Positions 16,040 through 25,324 of a DNA stretch of 34,140 nucleotides are shown here, piece after piece (positions within the stretch are counted from its first letter, which is position 1; each line of letters begins with the position of its first letter). Location: positions 1 through 34,140 of the forward strand of contig CAZCPV010000002.1 of assembly GCA_964500765.1 (NCBI GenBank). The letters run 5' to 3'. The notes under the pieces were generated by a model. The model was not told where the DNA came from. It saw only the letters and a list, made by a program, of their open reading frames with translations, and made no database searches. The translations under genes and the position numbers were made by a program. This DNA comes from an uncultured Draconibacterium sp. GTDB taxonomy: Bacteria > Bacteroidota > Bacteroidia > Bacteroidales > JAADGE01.

Positions 16040-18385
16040 TTATCTTTTATAATTCGGATTATATTCCGGATGTTTATATTCGGGCGGTAATTCTTTAAAT
16101 TGAATGATTTTTAATTTCGGCTGTCCTTGAGATATTACTTGAAATTCTACCCGTCTGTTAAATTTCTTTGAGGGTTCAAAGTATTTATTATTCTTTTTAT
16201 TAAATGCTACCGGATTATCTTCTCCGTATGCATAAATTTCTATTTGGTTTTCATTGACACCTTCATCGGTCATATACTTTTTAATTGTTTCTGCTCTTTT
16301 TTGTGACAATCTGTCATTATAGGATTTTGATCCTACGGCATCGGTATATCCGATAACGGCAACTTTTGCTTCCGAATTTTTCTTTAAATATTTACATAAA
16401 GAATCAATCTTTTCATTTTTATTAACTTGCATTTTCGATTTATCAAAATTGAAGAAAACATTATTAATTTCAACAATATATTCTTTCGGAATAATTTCTT
16501 CTGCTTTTTTCTTATCAGTAACTGCTTTTTTAACGCTTTCCTTATCATAAATCGTGTATTCGGGTTTATTTTCCGGTATATCTCTGTTTGACAGGTCGGT
16601 ATATATTCTGTCTTTTGGAATGCCTTTATTCATAAGATATTCAACCATTTTACGTTTTCTTTCGTCAGACAATTTATTGCTTTGTTTTTGATAATTTTCG
16701 GTTGAAAAATTCACGACAAGACTGTCATTCTTTTTAAGATTTTCAGCAATAATATCAAGTTCTTTTTTTGTATAGTTTGTTAAATCTGAGTTATCTTTTT
16801 TAAATGATATATTTTTAAACTTTTCAGTTTTTCCGGATTCAATTTTTACAAGAACAGGGGATTTTTTGATTATTTTTTTTCCGGTCATGTCTTTAACGGG
16901 AATATCTTTCGTATCAAATACGTATCCGGGAGCTTCGTAAACGAATTTATAGTCTTTGTCTGTTACAATAACTGATTTGTATTTTGCTTTCTCGAGTTTT
17001 AACGTATAAGCATTGGGTTCTTCATTTGAATTGACATCACATATATTGATATCGGCATTTTCCGGATATAGGTCTTTTCCGATTTCTTTTCCGCTGACAT
17101 TACTTTCTACGATTAACGTATTATCCGGAAACATTGTTTTGTAAATTTCGGCATTATCGGTTTTTCTTCGGGTAAAATAAGCTATATCTTGATTGGAAAC
17201 AGGAAAGAAAAAGACATCGTCTTCGACGGTATTAATCGGGAATCCGATATTTTCCGGTTCGCTGAAAGTGCCGTCGCTTTGCAACATACATTTAAAAATA
17301 TCATATCCGCCCATACCTTTATATCCTTTTGAGCTGAAATAGAAAGTAACACCGTCTGCCAGCATATAAGGAGCTTCTTCATCGTATTCAGTATTAATAC
17401 TCAAGTTTTCGGGCTTTCCCCATGTTCCGTCATTTTGTTTTTCCGATACCCAAATATCTCTTCCGCCTTTTCCTCCTTTCATATCTGTTGAGAAATATAA
17501 TTTTTTTCCGTCGGGAGATAATGCGGCATGTCGTTCAACAGCTCTTCTTTTATCGATATTGAGTTTTACCGGATTTTGCCATTTCCCGTCATTCCCTTTT
17601 TGTGAAGAATATAAATCGCCGGCTTTTCCTTCTTCTGTTCTGTATATAAAAAGTGTTTTTCCGTCAAGAGATAAGCCGCCGGTTGCATCATGACCCATGG
17701 TATTTACGGGAGGACCTACATTAACCGGATCGTCTTTACCGTCCCAAAACCAAATATCTTCGTAATATTTGCCTTCGCTGCTTAATTTATCGCCGCTTAT
17801 ACCGCCGGGACGTTTTGATGTGAAGTATAATTCTTTTCCGTTTGAAGTCGGTATCGGAGTGTGATCATCGTAACCGGAATTCAGTATATCCAAACGAGTT
17901 ACAATAATAGGTTTAAAATTGAAAAAAATTTCTTTCGCATTATTCGCTCTGTCAAGAGATTCTTTTAATTGTTTTTTTTCAGCATCTTTAAGCTCAAAAG
18001 CATTTAATTTATTTAAGGTTTCAATTTCTTGATCAAACATATATAAATTATGATATGCTTCGGCTTTATAGAAAACAGCACCTTTAACAAATCCGTTGTC
18101 GATTTTTGTTTTGTTGTAATTATCAATTATTTTGTCAAAATGTGCAATTGCTTGATCTTCTTTGCCTGAATTTATTTCACAAATGCCTTTGTAGAAAGTG
18201 TATTCGAGATTGCTTTTATGTTTTTTAAGGAGTTCTTTCAGAATATTGTCGGCAGAGCGATATTTATTATTTGCTAAAAATTCTAATGCTTCATTAAATT
18301 TTTTAGTGTCTTTTCTGCTTGATTGTGCGTATATACTATATCCCGAAAAGAATAAAACCAATAATAGTAAAGATATTTTTTTCAT
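16040..18385 (-). CDS. OmpA-family outer-membrane/periplasmic protein with N-terminal TPR, PD40 (TolB-like beta-propeller) repeats and C-terminal OmpA-like domain
   Basis: 781 aa. Signal peptide MKKISLLLLVLFFSGYSIYAQ. Repeated S.DGK.LYFSS/GG.DI[WF] PD40-like units. C-terminal IGYTDAVGSKSYNDRLSQKRAETIKKYM. Confidence 0.85.
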   Translation of the reverse strand: MKKISLLLLVLFFSGYSIYAQSSRKDTKKFNEALEFLANNKYRSADNILKELLKKHKSNLEYTFYKGICEINSGKEDQAIAHFDKIIDNYNKTKIDNGFVKGAVFYKAEAYHNLYMFDQEIETLNKLNAFELKDAEKKQLKESLDRANNAKEIFFNFKPIIVTRLDILNSGYDDHTPIPTSNGKELYFTSKRPGGISGDKLSSEGKYYEDIWFWDGKDDPVNVGPPVNTMGHDATGGLSLDGKTLFIYRTEEGKAGDLYSSQKGNDGKWQNPVKLNIDKRRAVERHAALSPDGKKLYFSTDMKGGKGGRDIWVSEKQNDGTWGKPENLSINTEYDEEAPYMLADGVTFYFSSKGYKGMGGYDIFKCMLQSDGTFSEPENIGFPINTVEDDVFFFPVSNQDIAYFTRRKTDNAEIYKTMFPDNTLIVESNVSGKEIGKDLYPENADINICDVNSNEEPNAYTLKLEKAKYKSVIVTDKDYKFVYEAPGYVFDTKDIPVKDMTGKKIIKKSPVLVKIESGKTEKFKNISFKKDNSDLTNYTKKELDIIAENLKKNDSLVVNFSTENYQKQSNKLSDERKRKMVEYLMNKGIPKDRIYTDLSNRDIPENKPEYTIYDKESVKKAVTDKKKAEEIIPKEYIVEINNVFFNFDKSKMQVNKNEKIDSLCKYLKKNSEAKVAVIGYTDAVGSKSYNDRLSQKRAETIKKYMTDEGVNENQIEIYAYGEDNPVAFNKKNNKYFEPSKKFNRRVEFQVISQGQPKLKIIQFKELPPEYKHPEYNPNYKR

Positions 18386-18413
18386 GTGTTTATATTTTTT
18401 CTGACGATAGCGA

Positions 18414-18421
18414 CAAATATA
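18414..18421 (-). promoter_or_regulatory. candidate -7 box (TATATTTG) for the OmpA-family gene
   Basis: Exact TAnnTTTG on the minus strand 28 nt upstream of the ATG at 18385. Confidence 0.4.
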
Positions 18422-18438
18422 AAATATTAATTAAAAGT

Positions 18439-20373
18439 TTACAACTTTTTATTGCCAATCTTATTAAATGTTTTGTAAACGGTATAAAAATCATCCGTTA
18501 AATGATAATCACGGGCATAACGAAAGTTAATTTTGGATATTTCATCGGAATCAAAAATCGGATAATTAACAGGACTTAAAATTCCGGGTTTTATTTTTGG
18601 AAGGAATTTGTTTCTTTCTGAGTTTATATATCCTACCCACGTCTTTTTTCCGCTTAAAACAATGAAAATATTTTTAAAATAATTTTTTTTATTATCCGTC
18701 AGTAAAATTAAAACAGGTGATAACAGGGTAAAAATACAAGACGAAACGATATCAAACATTCTTTTTTGAAATCGTAAAAATTTATTGTTTAAATTAAAAC
18801 TTTCGTTGACATATTCTTCGGATGAAACGATAATATTACTGCTTCCGATTACAAAACCTTTATCCGGATAAGCAATTTGAATTTCGGTATGTAAAAGTTT
18901 ATTATCTGAAATTATTGAGATTATTTCTTTAAAAGAGAATTTGCCGGCAGATATTATTGTATGAGAAATTTTGTTAGTTTTTACTTTTTCAATAATACTG
19001 TCAGGATTTTTTTCATTGATACTGATTGAGGAAAATTTGTTTGTAAAATGCCGGGAAATGATTTTTTTTATTTTGTCTTTATCGGACAGGAACAGAAATT
19101 TATTTTCTTTTTTCTTTTTGAAAGAAAAATTTTTTATTTTCAGAATTGTAAATATTGCTCTTATCAGCCATGCAAAAAACATTGCCCAAGCAGTTCCCGC
19201 CAACAGTAAAAGTCTTGAGTATCGGTATTCTTCATTAAGCAGAGAGTAAATTATCAAGATTATTAAAGTTCCGGATAAAATACCTTTAAATAATCGTTTG
19301 GAATCTGCAGGACTTTGGTATCCTTTTGCTGACATTATTGAAAAAATCCAAACAATAATGTAGCCGGGAACCGCGTATAGCATATATTCCGGAGGATAGT
19401 GGTTAGTGTGATGAAACTTGTAATTTTCCCACAGCGGTTTTAAAAAGTAAAATCCTAAATAAAATACTACGGCATCGGTAAGGGGCAGAAAAAGAGCTTT
19501 AAACAACCTTTTTATTACGGATAGTCCGGCTCTGAAAATAATAGCCGACTTTATCAGAAAAGAAAATAATGCGGCATTTTTTCCGGTAAAATGTTTTTTT
19601 GCAAAAATAATCATTGCATTATAAAATATGAAAACATAGTTTAAACTGCCTTTTTTTGTGCTTTCGCCTTTATAGTGTATAATTTCAACTTCGGGATAAT
19701 AATAATTTACAAAACCGTTTCTCGTAATTCGGTAAGAGAGGTCTATATCTTCACCGTACATAAAAAATGTTTCGTCCAATAAGCCGGCTTTATCCAATGC
19801 AGATTTTCGCAATAACATGAAAGCACCGGGCAAAACGTCTATTTTATTTACCTCATTATCATCTAAATATGTTAAATGGTATTTTCCGAAGCGTTTTGAT
19901 TTCGGGAATAATTTTGAGAGTCCGAAAATTTTATAGAACGAAACAGAGGGTGAAGGAAATGCTCTTTTTGATTCGGGCAAAAAAGCACCTTCTCCGTTTA
20001 TCATTTTAACGCCTACTCCGCCGGCATCCGGATGTTTGTCGGCAAAATCAAGAATTTTTATGAAAGTATCTTCGGGAATAACGGTATCGGGATTTAATAA
20101 CAACACATATTCGCCTTCGGACTGTTTGATTGCCTGATTATTAGCAGTTGAAAACCCGACATTTTTTTTATTTTCTGTAAGATTAATTTCAGGGAAATTC
20201 TTTTTAATGTATTCGCATGAATTATCTTTGGAATTATTATCAACAACAAAAACTTCAATTAAATTTTGCCCGTATTTTTTTTCATATTCTGTTTTCGCTT
20301 TTTCAACACTTAAAAGGCATTGCGTTAAAAAATATTTTACGTTATAGTTGACAATTACAACAGACAGTTTCAT
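18439..20373 (-). CDS. family-2 glycosyltransferase fused to a multi-TM region and a C-terminal segment with remnants of a polyprenyl-phosphate sugar-transferase fold
   Basis: 644 aa. GT2 N-terminus (LSVVIVNYNVKYFL...VVDNNSKDNS...LLLNPDT). About 5 TM segments in the middle. C-terminal KRMFDIVSSCIFTLLSPVLILL ... LSGKKTWVGY. Confidence 0.82.
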   Translation of the reverse strand: MKLSVVIVNYNVKYFLTQCLLSVEKAKTEYEKKYGQNLIEVFVVDNNSKDNSCEYIKKNFPEINLTENKKNVGFSTANNQAIKQSEGEYVLLLNPDTVIPEDTFIKILDFADKHPDAGGVGVKMINGEGAFLPESKRAFPSPSVSFYKIFGLSKLFPKSKRFGKYHLTYLDDNEVNKIDVLPGAFMLLRKSALDKAGLLDETFFMYGEDIDLSYRITRNGFVNYYYPEVEIIHYKGESTKKGSLNYVFIFYNAMIIFAKKHFTGKNAALFSFLIKSAIIFRAGLSVIKRLFKALFLPLTDAVVFYLGFYFLKPLWENYKFHHTNHYPPEYMLYAVPGYIIVWIFSIMSAKGYQSPADSKRLFKGILSGTLIILIIYSLLNEEYRYSRLLLLAGTAWAMFFAWLIRAIFTILKIKNFSFKKKKENKFLFLSDKDKIKKIISRHFTNKFSSISINEKNPDSIIEKVKTNKISHTIISAGKFSFKEIISIISDNKLLHTEIQIAYPDKGFVIGSSNIIVSSEEYVNESFNLNNKFLRFQKRMFDIVSSCIFTLLSPVLILLTDNKKNYFKNIFIVLSGKKTWVGYINSERNKFLPKIKPGILSPVNYPIFDSDEISKINFRYARDYHLTDDFYTVYKTFNKIGNKKL

Positions 20374-20401
20374 CGATTGTTACAATTATTTTATTTTTCA
20401 A

Positions 20402-20409
20402 CAAAATTA
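20402..20409 (-). promoter_or_regulatory. candidate -7 box (TAATTTTG) for the GT2 gene
   Basis: Exact TAnnTTTG on the minus strand 28 nt upstream of the ATG at 20373. Confidence 0.4.
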
Positions 20410-20449
20410 ACAACACTTTTTCGATACACAAATAAAAGAAATTTCGTAC

Positions 20450-21361
20450 TTATATTAAACCGGAATATTTATATCTTAACAACATACTTTCGTTTCCTAT
20501 GGTTCCTCCGCTGTGAACGTACAATATTTCGCCTTTTATGTTTTTGTTATGTTCGCTTAATGCTATAAGTGTTTTCGGGTCGTATAATAATTCAAATTCG
20601 ATATTGTTTTCTTCGGAAATTTCTTTCCAAATATCGTAATATTCTTTATAAAGTTTTCCGAAAATATATTTCTTTTTTGTTTCAAGAATAACCGGATAAT
20701 TTGATTTTTTATTTTCTAAAAGTGCAAATTGTTTTAATAAATACTTGGTATTTCCTATATTCGGCACAGTGTAAACTTTAAAATTAAGATGTTTTTGCAG
20801 AAAAACAGCCGTTGTGCCGGTTCCGGATTGAATAAAAACGGACAAATTGTGCAGTTTTCTTTTTTCAGCCCAGTTGTTAATTTCTTCTGCTAATTTTTTT
20901 ACTCCGTATTCGGCTTCTTTTTCTGCACCTCCCTGCCTGATTAAAAGAGTGTCTGTCCCTAATTGCGAATAGTTTTTTTCCGGAGAAGACATTTTTTGAA
21001 AAAACGTTTCGTAATCGGGAAGTTCGATATAATTCATACCGAATTCCAGTGCGTATTTATAATTTCCGACCGGATTTTTTTTAAGAAAAAGCGGTAAGGG
21101 TTTTCCGTAATAATCGAATTTAAGATTTTTTATTTTTGCGAAAGCGGCAAGCGAAAACATTGCATTCGACTGATTGCCGCCGTATGATGCAACTTTTTTG
21201 TATGAAGATAAATCGGCATTTAAAAAGTAATCAAATTTTCGGGCTTTGTTGCCGTTAAAAAACGGATTTATCAAATCGTCTCTTTTTAAAAAATATTTTC
21301 TGCCTCTGAAAGTTATATTTTCAACCGGAGAAACATTAAAGGTTGTATTTAATTCTCTCAT
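20450..21361 (-). CDS. PLP-dependent enzyme of the 1-aminocyclopropane-1-carboxylate deaminase / D-cysteine desulfhydrase family
   Basis: 303 aa. LKRDDLINPFFNGNKARKFDYFL (PLP-lysine motif GNKxRK) and a later SGTGTT loop. Confidence 0.82.
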   Translation of the reverse strand: MRELNTTFNVSPVENITFRGRKYFLKRDDLINPFFNGNKARKFDYFLNADLSSYKKVASYGGNQSNAMFSLAAFAKIKNLKFDYYGKPLPLFLKKNPVGNYKYALEFGMNYIELPDYETFFQKMSSPEKNYSQLGTDTLLIRQGGAEKEAEYGVKKLAEEINNWAEKRKLHNLSVFIQSGTGTTAVFLQKHLNFKVYTVPNIGNTKYLLKQFALLENKKSNYPVILETKKKYIFGKLYKEYYDIWKEISEENNIEFELLYDPKTLIALSEHNKNIKGEILYVHSGGTIGNESMLLRYKYSGLI

Positions 21362-21366
21362 ATTTT

Positions 21367-21984
21367 TTATTGATTAAATTGAATTCTGTCAATAATTGAG
21401 CGTCCCAGAGTAAGTTCGTCAACATATTGCAATTCGCTGCCTACGGAAACGCCTCTTGCCAAAGTCGTAATTTTAATTCCCGTACCCGAAATTTTTTTAT
21501 AGGTATAGAAATTTGTTGTTTCACCCTCGGGAGTTGAGTTAAGAGCGAATATAAGTTCTTGTATATCAGAAGAATTCAACCGTTCAATTAATGAGTTTAT
21601 TTCTAAACTGTCGGGACCGATGCCGTCCATCGGTGAAATTAATCCGCCCAAAACATGGTATAAGCCGTGATATTGACCTGTTCTTTCTACGGCGATTACA
21701 TCATTAATATTTTCAACAATACAAATTGTTTTTTTATCTCTTGAAGGGTCGGAGCAAATTTCGCAAATGTCGTTATCGGAAACGTTTTTACAAATTTTGC
21801 ATTTTTTTATATTTTTTCGGAGTTCCGTAATGGTTTCTCCGAATAAAGTAACTTCTTCTTCCGATTTTTTAAGCAGATGCAACACCAGTCGCAGAGCCGT
21901 TTTGTTTCCGATACCCGGGAGTTTTGAAAATTCGTTTACGGCATTGTTCAAAAGTTTTGATGAGTATTGATTTTCCGGAATCAT
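21367..21984 (-). CDS. recR: recombination protein RecR
   Basis: 205 aa. HhH ([17 protein letters not shown]), C4 zinc finger ([18 protein letters not shown]), Toprim ([28 protein letters not shown]). Confidence 0.93.
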   Translation of the reverse strand: MIPENQYSSKLLNNAVNEFSKLPGIGNKTALRLVLHLLKKSEEEVTLFGETITELRKNIKKCKICKNVSDNDICEICSDPSRDKKTICIVENINDVIAVERTGQYHGLYHVLGGLISPMDGIGPDSLEINSLIERLNSSDIQELIFALNSTPEGETTNFYTYKKISGTGIKITTLARGVSVGSELQYVDELTLGRSIIDRIQFNQ

Positions 21985-22007
21985 TTTATATTATTGTTAA
22001 TGTTGAT

Positions 22008-22598
22008 TTAGTGAGAATTGTTTGCTTTAAACCATTTTGAAACTGATTTTTCGGGTTTGTAACTGTTGATATAAGGAAAAATATCTTCTGCATTTTCGGT
22101 TATAAAATAATATTTTCGATAATCTTCTTTTGAAAACTTTTCTTTGTAAATAGTTTCGTAAAATGCTGATAAATTGTCATAAAATCCGTTAACATTCAGG
22201 ATGATAATCGGTTTTTTGTGATAGCCGAGATGTTTCAGGGTTAATACTTCCGATAATTCTTCCAAGGTACCGAAGCCGCCGGGCAAAGCAATAAAAACAT
22301 CAGCCAATTCTTCCAATTTTGCTTTACGACTGTGCATATCGGGTGTTACTATAAGTTCATCAACAATTTCACAAGCCAAATTATTGTCTTTTATTCGTTG
22401 CGGAATAACTCCGATAAGTTTTCCGTTTTGCTTTTTTACTGTTAAAGCAAGTTTTTTCATCATTCCTACATTGGCTCCTCCGAACAGCAGGGTATCTCCG
22501 TTTTCGACAATTTTATTGCCGATATCAATTGCTGTTTCAAAATATTTTTCATTTAAAGCATCGCTTGAAGAGCAAAAAACGCATATATTTTTTTCCAT
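22008..22598 (-). CDS. LOG-family (TIGR00730-type) nucleotide phosphoribohydrolase
   Basis: The track ORF runs to 22838. The extra 80 residues are low-complexity and overlap the divergent gene and promoter region. The ATG at 22598 gives MEKNICVFCSSS..., with GGANVGMM and PGGFGTLEEL motifs. Confidence 0.88.
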   Translation of the reverse strand: MEKNICVFCSSSDALNEKYFETAIDIGNKIVENGDTLLFGGANVGMMKKLALTVKKQNGKLIGVIPQRIKDNNLACEIVDELIVTPDMHSRKAKLEELADVFIALPGGFGTLEELSEVLTLKHLGYHKKPIIILNVNGFYDNLSAFYETIYKEKFSKEDYRKYYFITENAEDIFPYINSYKPEKSVSKWFKANNSH

Positions 22599-22633
22599 TA
22601 TAATTGTAAATAGTATCTTGCAAAAAATTTCAC

Positions 22634-22641
22634 CAAAAGTA
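22634..22641 (-). promoter_or_regulatory. candidate -7 box (TACTTTTG) for the LOG-recR transcription unit
   Basis: Exact TAnnTTTG on the minus strand 35 nt upstream of the ATG at 22598. Confidence 0.35.
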
Positions 22642-22651
22642 ATCATTAAAA

Positions 22652-23164
22652 ATGGAAAAATATAATTCTGATTTTCCGATAAAATTATTTGTATTCGGAA
22701 CTTTAAGAAAAGGAGGACGACTCGATTACTATACCGACGGGAGTATTTATGCCGGAAAATATTATACGGAAGGTCAATTAATGTTATCGGAAACAGGCAG
22801 TGCTTATATTGATTTTGAGGTAAAAAACACGGCAACAATCGGAGAATTATATTATATGAATTTTTCGGGATTGCTTAGAATTGACCATTTGGAAAGTACT
22901 TCGGGCGAATTTCCGAAAGGGTATGATTTAGATATTGCTCCCGTGTGGAATTTAACAGATAAACCAAATAATTTTTCAGACAAAAATAAATCACTTGCTT
23001 TTGTTTATAAAAGAAGGAACTCACCTTTAAAAATACATTCCGGCGATTGGTTAAAAAGAAAAAATCCTTTGTCGGAAATTAAGAAATTTATTAGCAACAA
23101 TAATAAAAAAGCTGTAAATCCCGAAGATTTAATTACACATATTCACAAGTATTTAAGAAAATAA
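22652..23164 (+). CDS. gamma-glutamylcyclotransferase (AIG2/GGACT-like) family protein
   Basis: 170 aa. N-terminal LFVFGTLRKGGRLDYY (YGTLR-type motif) and a later IGELYYM, as in the family. Confidence 0.72.
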   Translation: MEKYNSDFPIKLFVFGTLRKGGRLDYYTDGSIYAGKYYTEGQLMLSETGSAYIDFEVKNTATIGELYYMNFSGLLRIDHLESTSGEFPKGYDLDIAPVWNLTDKPNNFSDKNKSLAFVYKRRNSPLKIHSGDWLKRKNPLSEIKKFISNNNKKAVNPEDLITHIHKYLRK

Positions 23165-23168
23165 AATA

Positions 23169-23176
23169 TATCTTTG
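23169..23176 (+). promoter_or_regulatory. candidate -7 box (TATCTTTG) upstream of the NRAMP-like gene
   Basis: Exact TAnnTTTG 14 nt upstream of the ATG at 23191, implying a very short leader. Co-transcription with the GGCT-like gene is the alternative. Confidence 0.3.
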
Positions 23177-23190
23177 TATCTTTCAAAAAC

Positions 23191-24582
23191 ATGACTTTAA
23201 GAAAGCGTATATTAAGTATCTTGTTTTGGTCGGTTGTAGCGGCTGCTTTTATAGGTCCCGGTACGGTTACTACAGCTACAAAAGCGGGTGTTTTTTATAA
23301 TTTCAGTTTACTTTGGGCACTTCTTTTTTCAACTTTTGCCACATTATTACTTCAAGAAGCAAGTGCACGGCTTACTATCAGAAGTCAAATGAATTTGGGA
23401 GAAGCCATTTCAAAAAAATTTGAGAATAAATCAGGAAGGACTTTAATACTTTTCATAATAATAATTGTCATTGTATTGGGCTGTGCCGCTTATGAAGCCG
23501 GAAATATACTCGGGTCGGTTGCCGGCTTGGTACTTATTTTCGATATTCCGTATTATTATTTTGTAGCCGGAATAGGCATACTTGCGACTTTGGTTTTTGC
23601 ATTGAATTCTGTTCATACGATTGCAAAGGTTATGGGTGTTATTGTTTTTTTAATGGGTATCGCATTTTTATATACTTCTTTATCTTTAAAACCCGATTGG
23701 GGAGAAGTTTTGAAAGGAAGCATTGTACCTATAATACCGGAAGGAACCGGTTCTACGCTTTTAGTTTTGGGTTTGGTGGGAACAACGGTTATTCCGTATG
23801 ATTTATTTTTGGGATCGGGGGCACTTGATAAAAAGCAAACGATAAAGGAAATGCGTTTCGGACTGTCAATTGCCGTAATTTTAGGCGGTGTTATTTCTAT
23901 GTCGATTATGGGAGTAGGTAACGGAGTTACGGCGGGTATGTCGGAAAGTGTAAAAACTGATTTTTTAGCAAATTTGAATTTTGACGATCAAGGATATATT
24001 ATTTTGAAAGAATTTCTGAAAAATAAAATCGGTCCTTATGCGGTTTATGTATTCGGTTTCGGGATGTTTGCAGCGGGATTTTCGTCTGCGGTTACATCAC
24101 CGCTTGCTTCTGCTATTACTGCAAGGAGTTTGTTTTCAAATGAGCAAAATAAAGAAAAATGGCATCCGAAAAAACTGTATTTTAAATTGGTAATTGCCGG
24201 CGTTGTAATTACGGGCTTAACATTCGGATTTTTAAACATAAAACCAATCCCCGCAATAATAATTGCTCAGGCATTCAACGGTCTTATACTTCCGTTAATT
24301 GCCGTATTTTTAATATCAGTGGTTAATGACCCTGATATAATCGGTGAAGACAATCTTAACGGAATGCTTTCCAATATTTTAATGAGTATTGTGCTGTGGG
24401 TTACCATGATTTTGGGATTTACGAATATTTCAAAATCAATTACTAAAACAATAGGTTATAACATAGAAGCAAACGATACTGCTTTAATTATCCCGGTTGT
24501 TATCGTATCGTTTATTTTGTCCTTAATTTTTCTTTTTTTTATTTATAAAAAACGACTTAAACTTGTAACGCAGCGACTTTAA
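23191..24582 (+). CDS. NRAMP-fold transporter, divergent (canonical metal-site residues substituted)
   Basis: 463 aa, ~11 TM. IGPGTVTTATKAGVFYNFSLLW aligns without gaps to the NRAMP TM1 block I-DPGN-FATNIQAGA-FGY-LLW. LVGTTVIPYDLFLGS aligns to the TM6 block GATVMPH-IYLHS. Confidence 0.72.
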   Translation: MTLRKRILSILFWSVVAAAFIGPGTVTTATKAGVFYNFSLLWALLFSTFATLLLQEASARLTIRSQMNLGEAISKKFENKSGRTLILFIIIIVIVLGCAAYEAGNILGSVAGLVLIFDIPYYYFVAGIGILATLVFALNSVHTIAKVMGVIVFLMGIAFLYTSLSLKPDWGEVLKGSIVPIIPEGTGSTLLVLGLVGTTVIPYDLFLGSGALDKKQTIKEMRFGLSIAVILGGVISMSIMGVGNGVTAGMSESVKTDFLANLNFDDQGYIILKEFLKNKIGPYAVYVFGFGMFAAGFSSAVTSPLASAITARSLFSNEQNKEKWHPKKLYFKLVIAGVVITGLTFGFLNIKPIPAIIIAQAFNGLILPLIAVFLISVVNDPDIIGEDNLNGMLSNILMSIVLWVTMILGFTNISKSITKTIGYNIEANDTALIIPVVIVSFILSLIFLFFIYKKRLKLVTQRL

Positions 24583-25324
24583 ATTTTACGGGGTTTCCCG
24601 TATAATAATTTCCGGATAAATCAAAATCCCAAGTCCATTCTTTTATTATTTTTTCTTTCGGTAAGGAAAACGAAAGTCTGTTTTTTTCTTTAATTACTTG
24701 TCCTGAAAAGTTGTATTCTAGCTCAAAGAAGTCTGTTATTAAAATTGATTTCTTTTCGGGAAGCATATCTAAATGTCTTTTTTCAATCATTTCTTGAATT
24801 TTCAATAATTCATTTTCCGAAGCCAATTTATACCTTTTAATATATTCGCTCGGAAAATAAGCTATTTGACTTAAAATATTAGCGGAAACAACAAAATCGG
24901 GATTAATTTGTTCAATGAATGAAACTTTGTTTTGTTTGTTTAAGAAAGTATATAAATTTTGTTTTTCAGTTTTCTCTTTTTTATATGTCAACAGCGGTTT
25001 CAGGATGCCGGTAAGGTCAAGTGTTATAAATTCTATACCGGGAAAATTCCGAAATTTATGTTCGATTTGTCTCGGATGAATAATATCTGCTAAAATAACT
25101 TTTTTAAAAATTTCGGATAATTGTACGACGGGTACGTCTAAACACCAACCGCTTCCTATTATTAAACAAATATCTTTATTTTTGCCGGAAATATTTTTAA
25201 GGATAAAATCTTTTGTATTGTTAAGATGTTCAAACCAATTTTTTTCTTCATTTAAATATCGCGACATAATACCCGATCGGTCTGCATTAAATCCGAACTT
25301 TCTTCGTATCTTATTTATTGTCAT
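24557..25324 (-). CDS. hypothetical protein, possibly class I SAM-dependent methyltransferase fold
   Basis: 255 aa. Rossmann-like succession ICLIIGSGWCLD / VILADIIHP / FITLDLTG / FVVSANILSQI resembles MTase motifs I-IV. Assignment is by eye only. Confidence 0.45.
   Translation of the reverse strand: MTINKIRRKFGFNADRSGIMSRYLNEEKNWFEHLNNTKDFILKNISGKNKDICLIIGSGWCLDVPVVQLSEIFKKVILADIIHPRQIEHKFRNFPGIEFITLDLTGILKPLLTYKKEKTEKQNLYTFLNKQNKVSFIEQINPDFVVSANILSQIAYFPSEYIKRYKLASENELLKIQEMIEKRHLDMLPEKKSILITDFFELEYNFSGQVIKEKNRLSFSLPKEKIIKEWTWDFDLSGNYYTGNPVKFKVAALQV

Noticed and set aside
22599-22838. 80-codon N-terminal extension of the LOG-family ORF (track 22008..22838)
   Set aside because: The extension is Cys/Phe/Ile-rich junk. 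It overlaps the divergent GGCT-like gene start and a TACTTTTG promoter box. The family-typical N-terminus MEKNICVFCSSS begins at the ATG at 22598.
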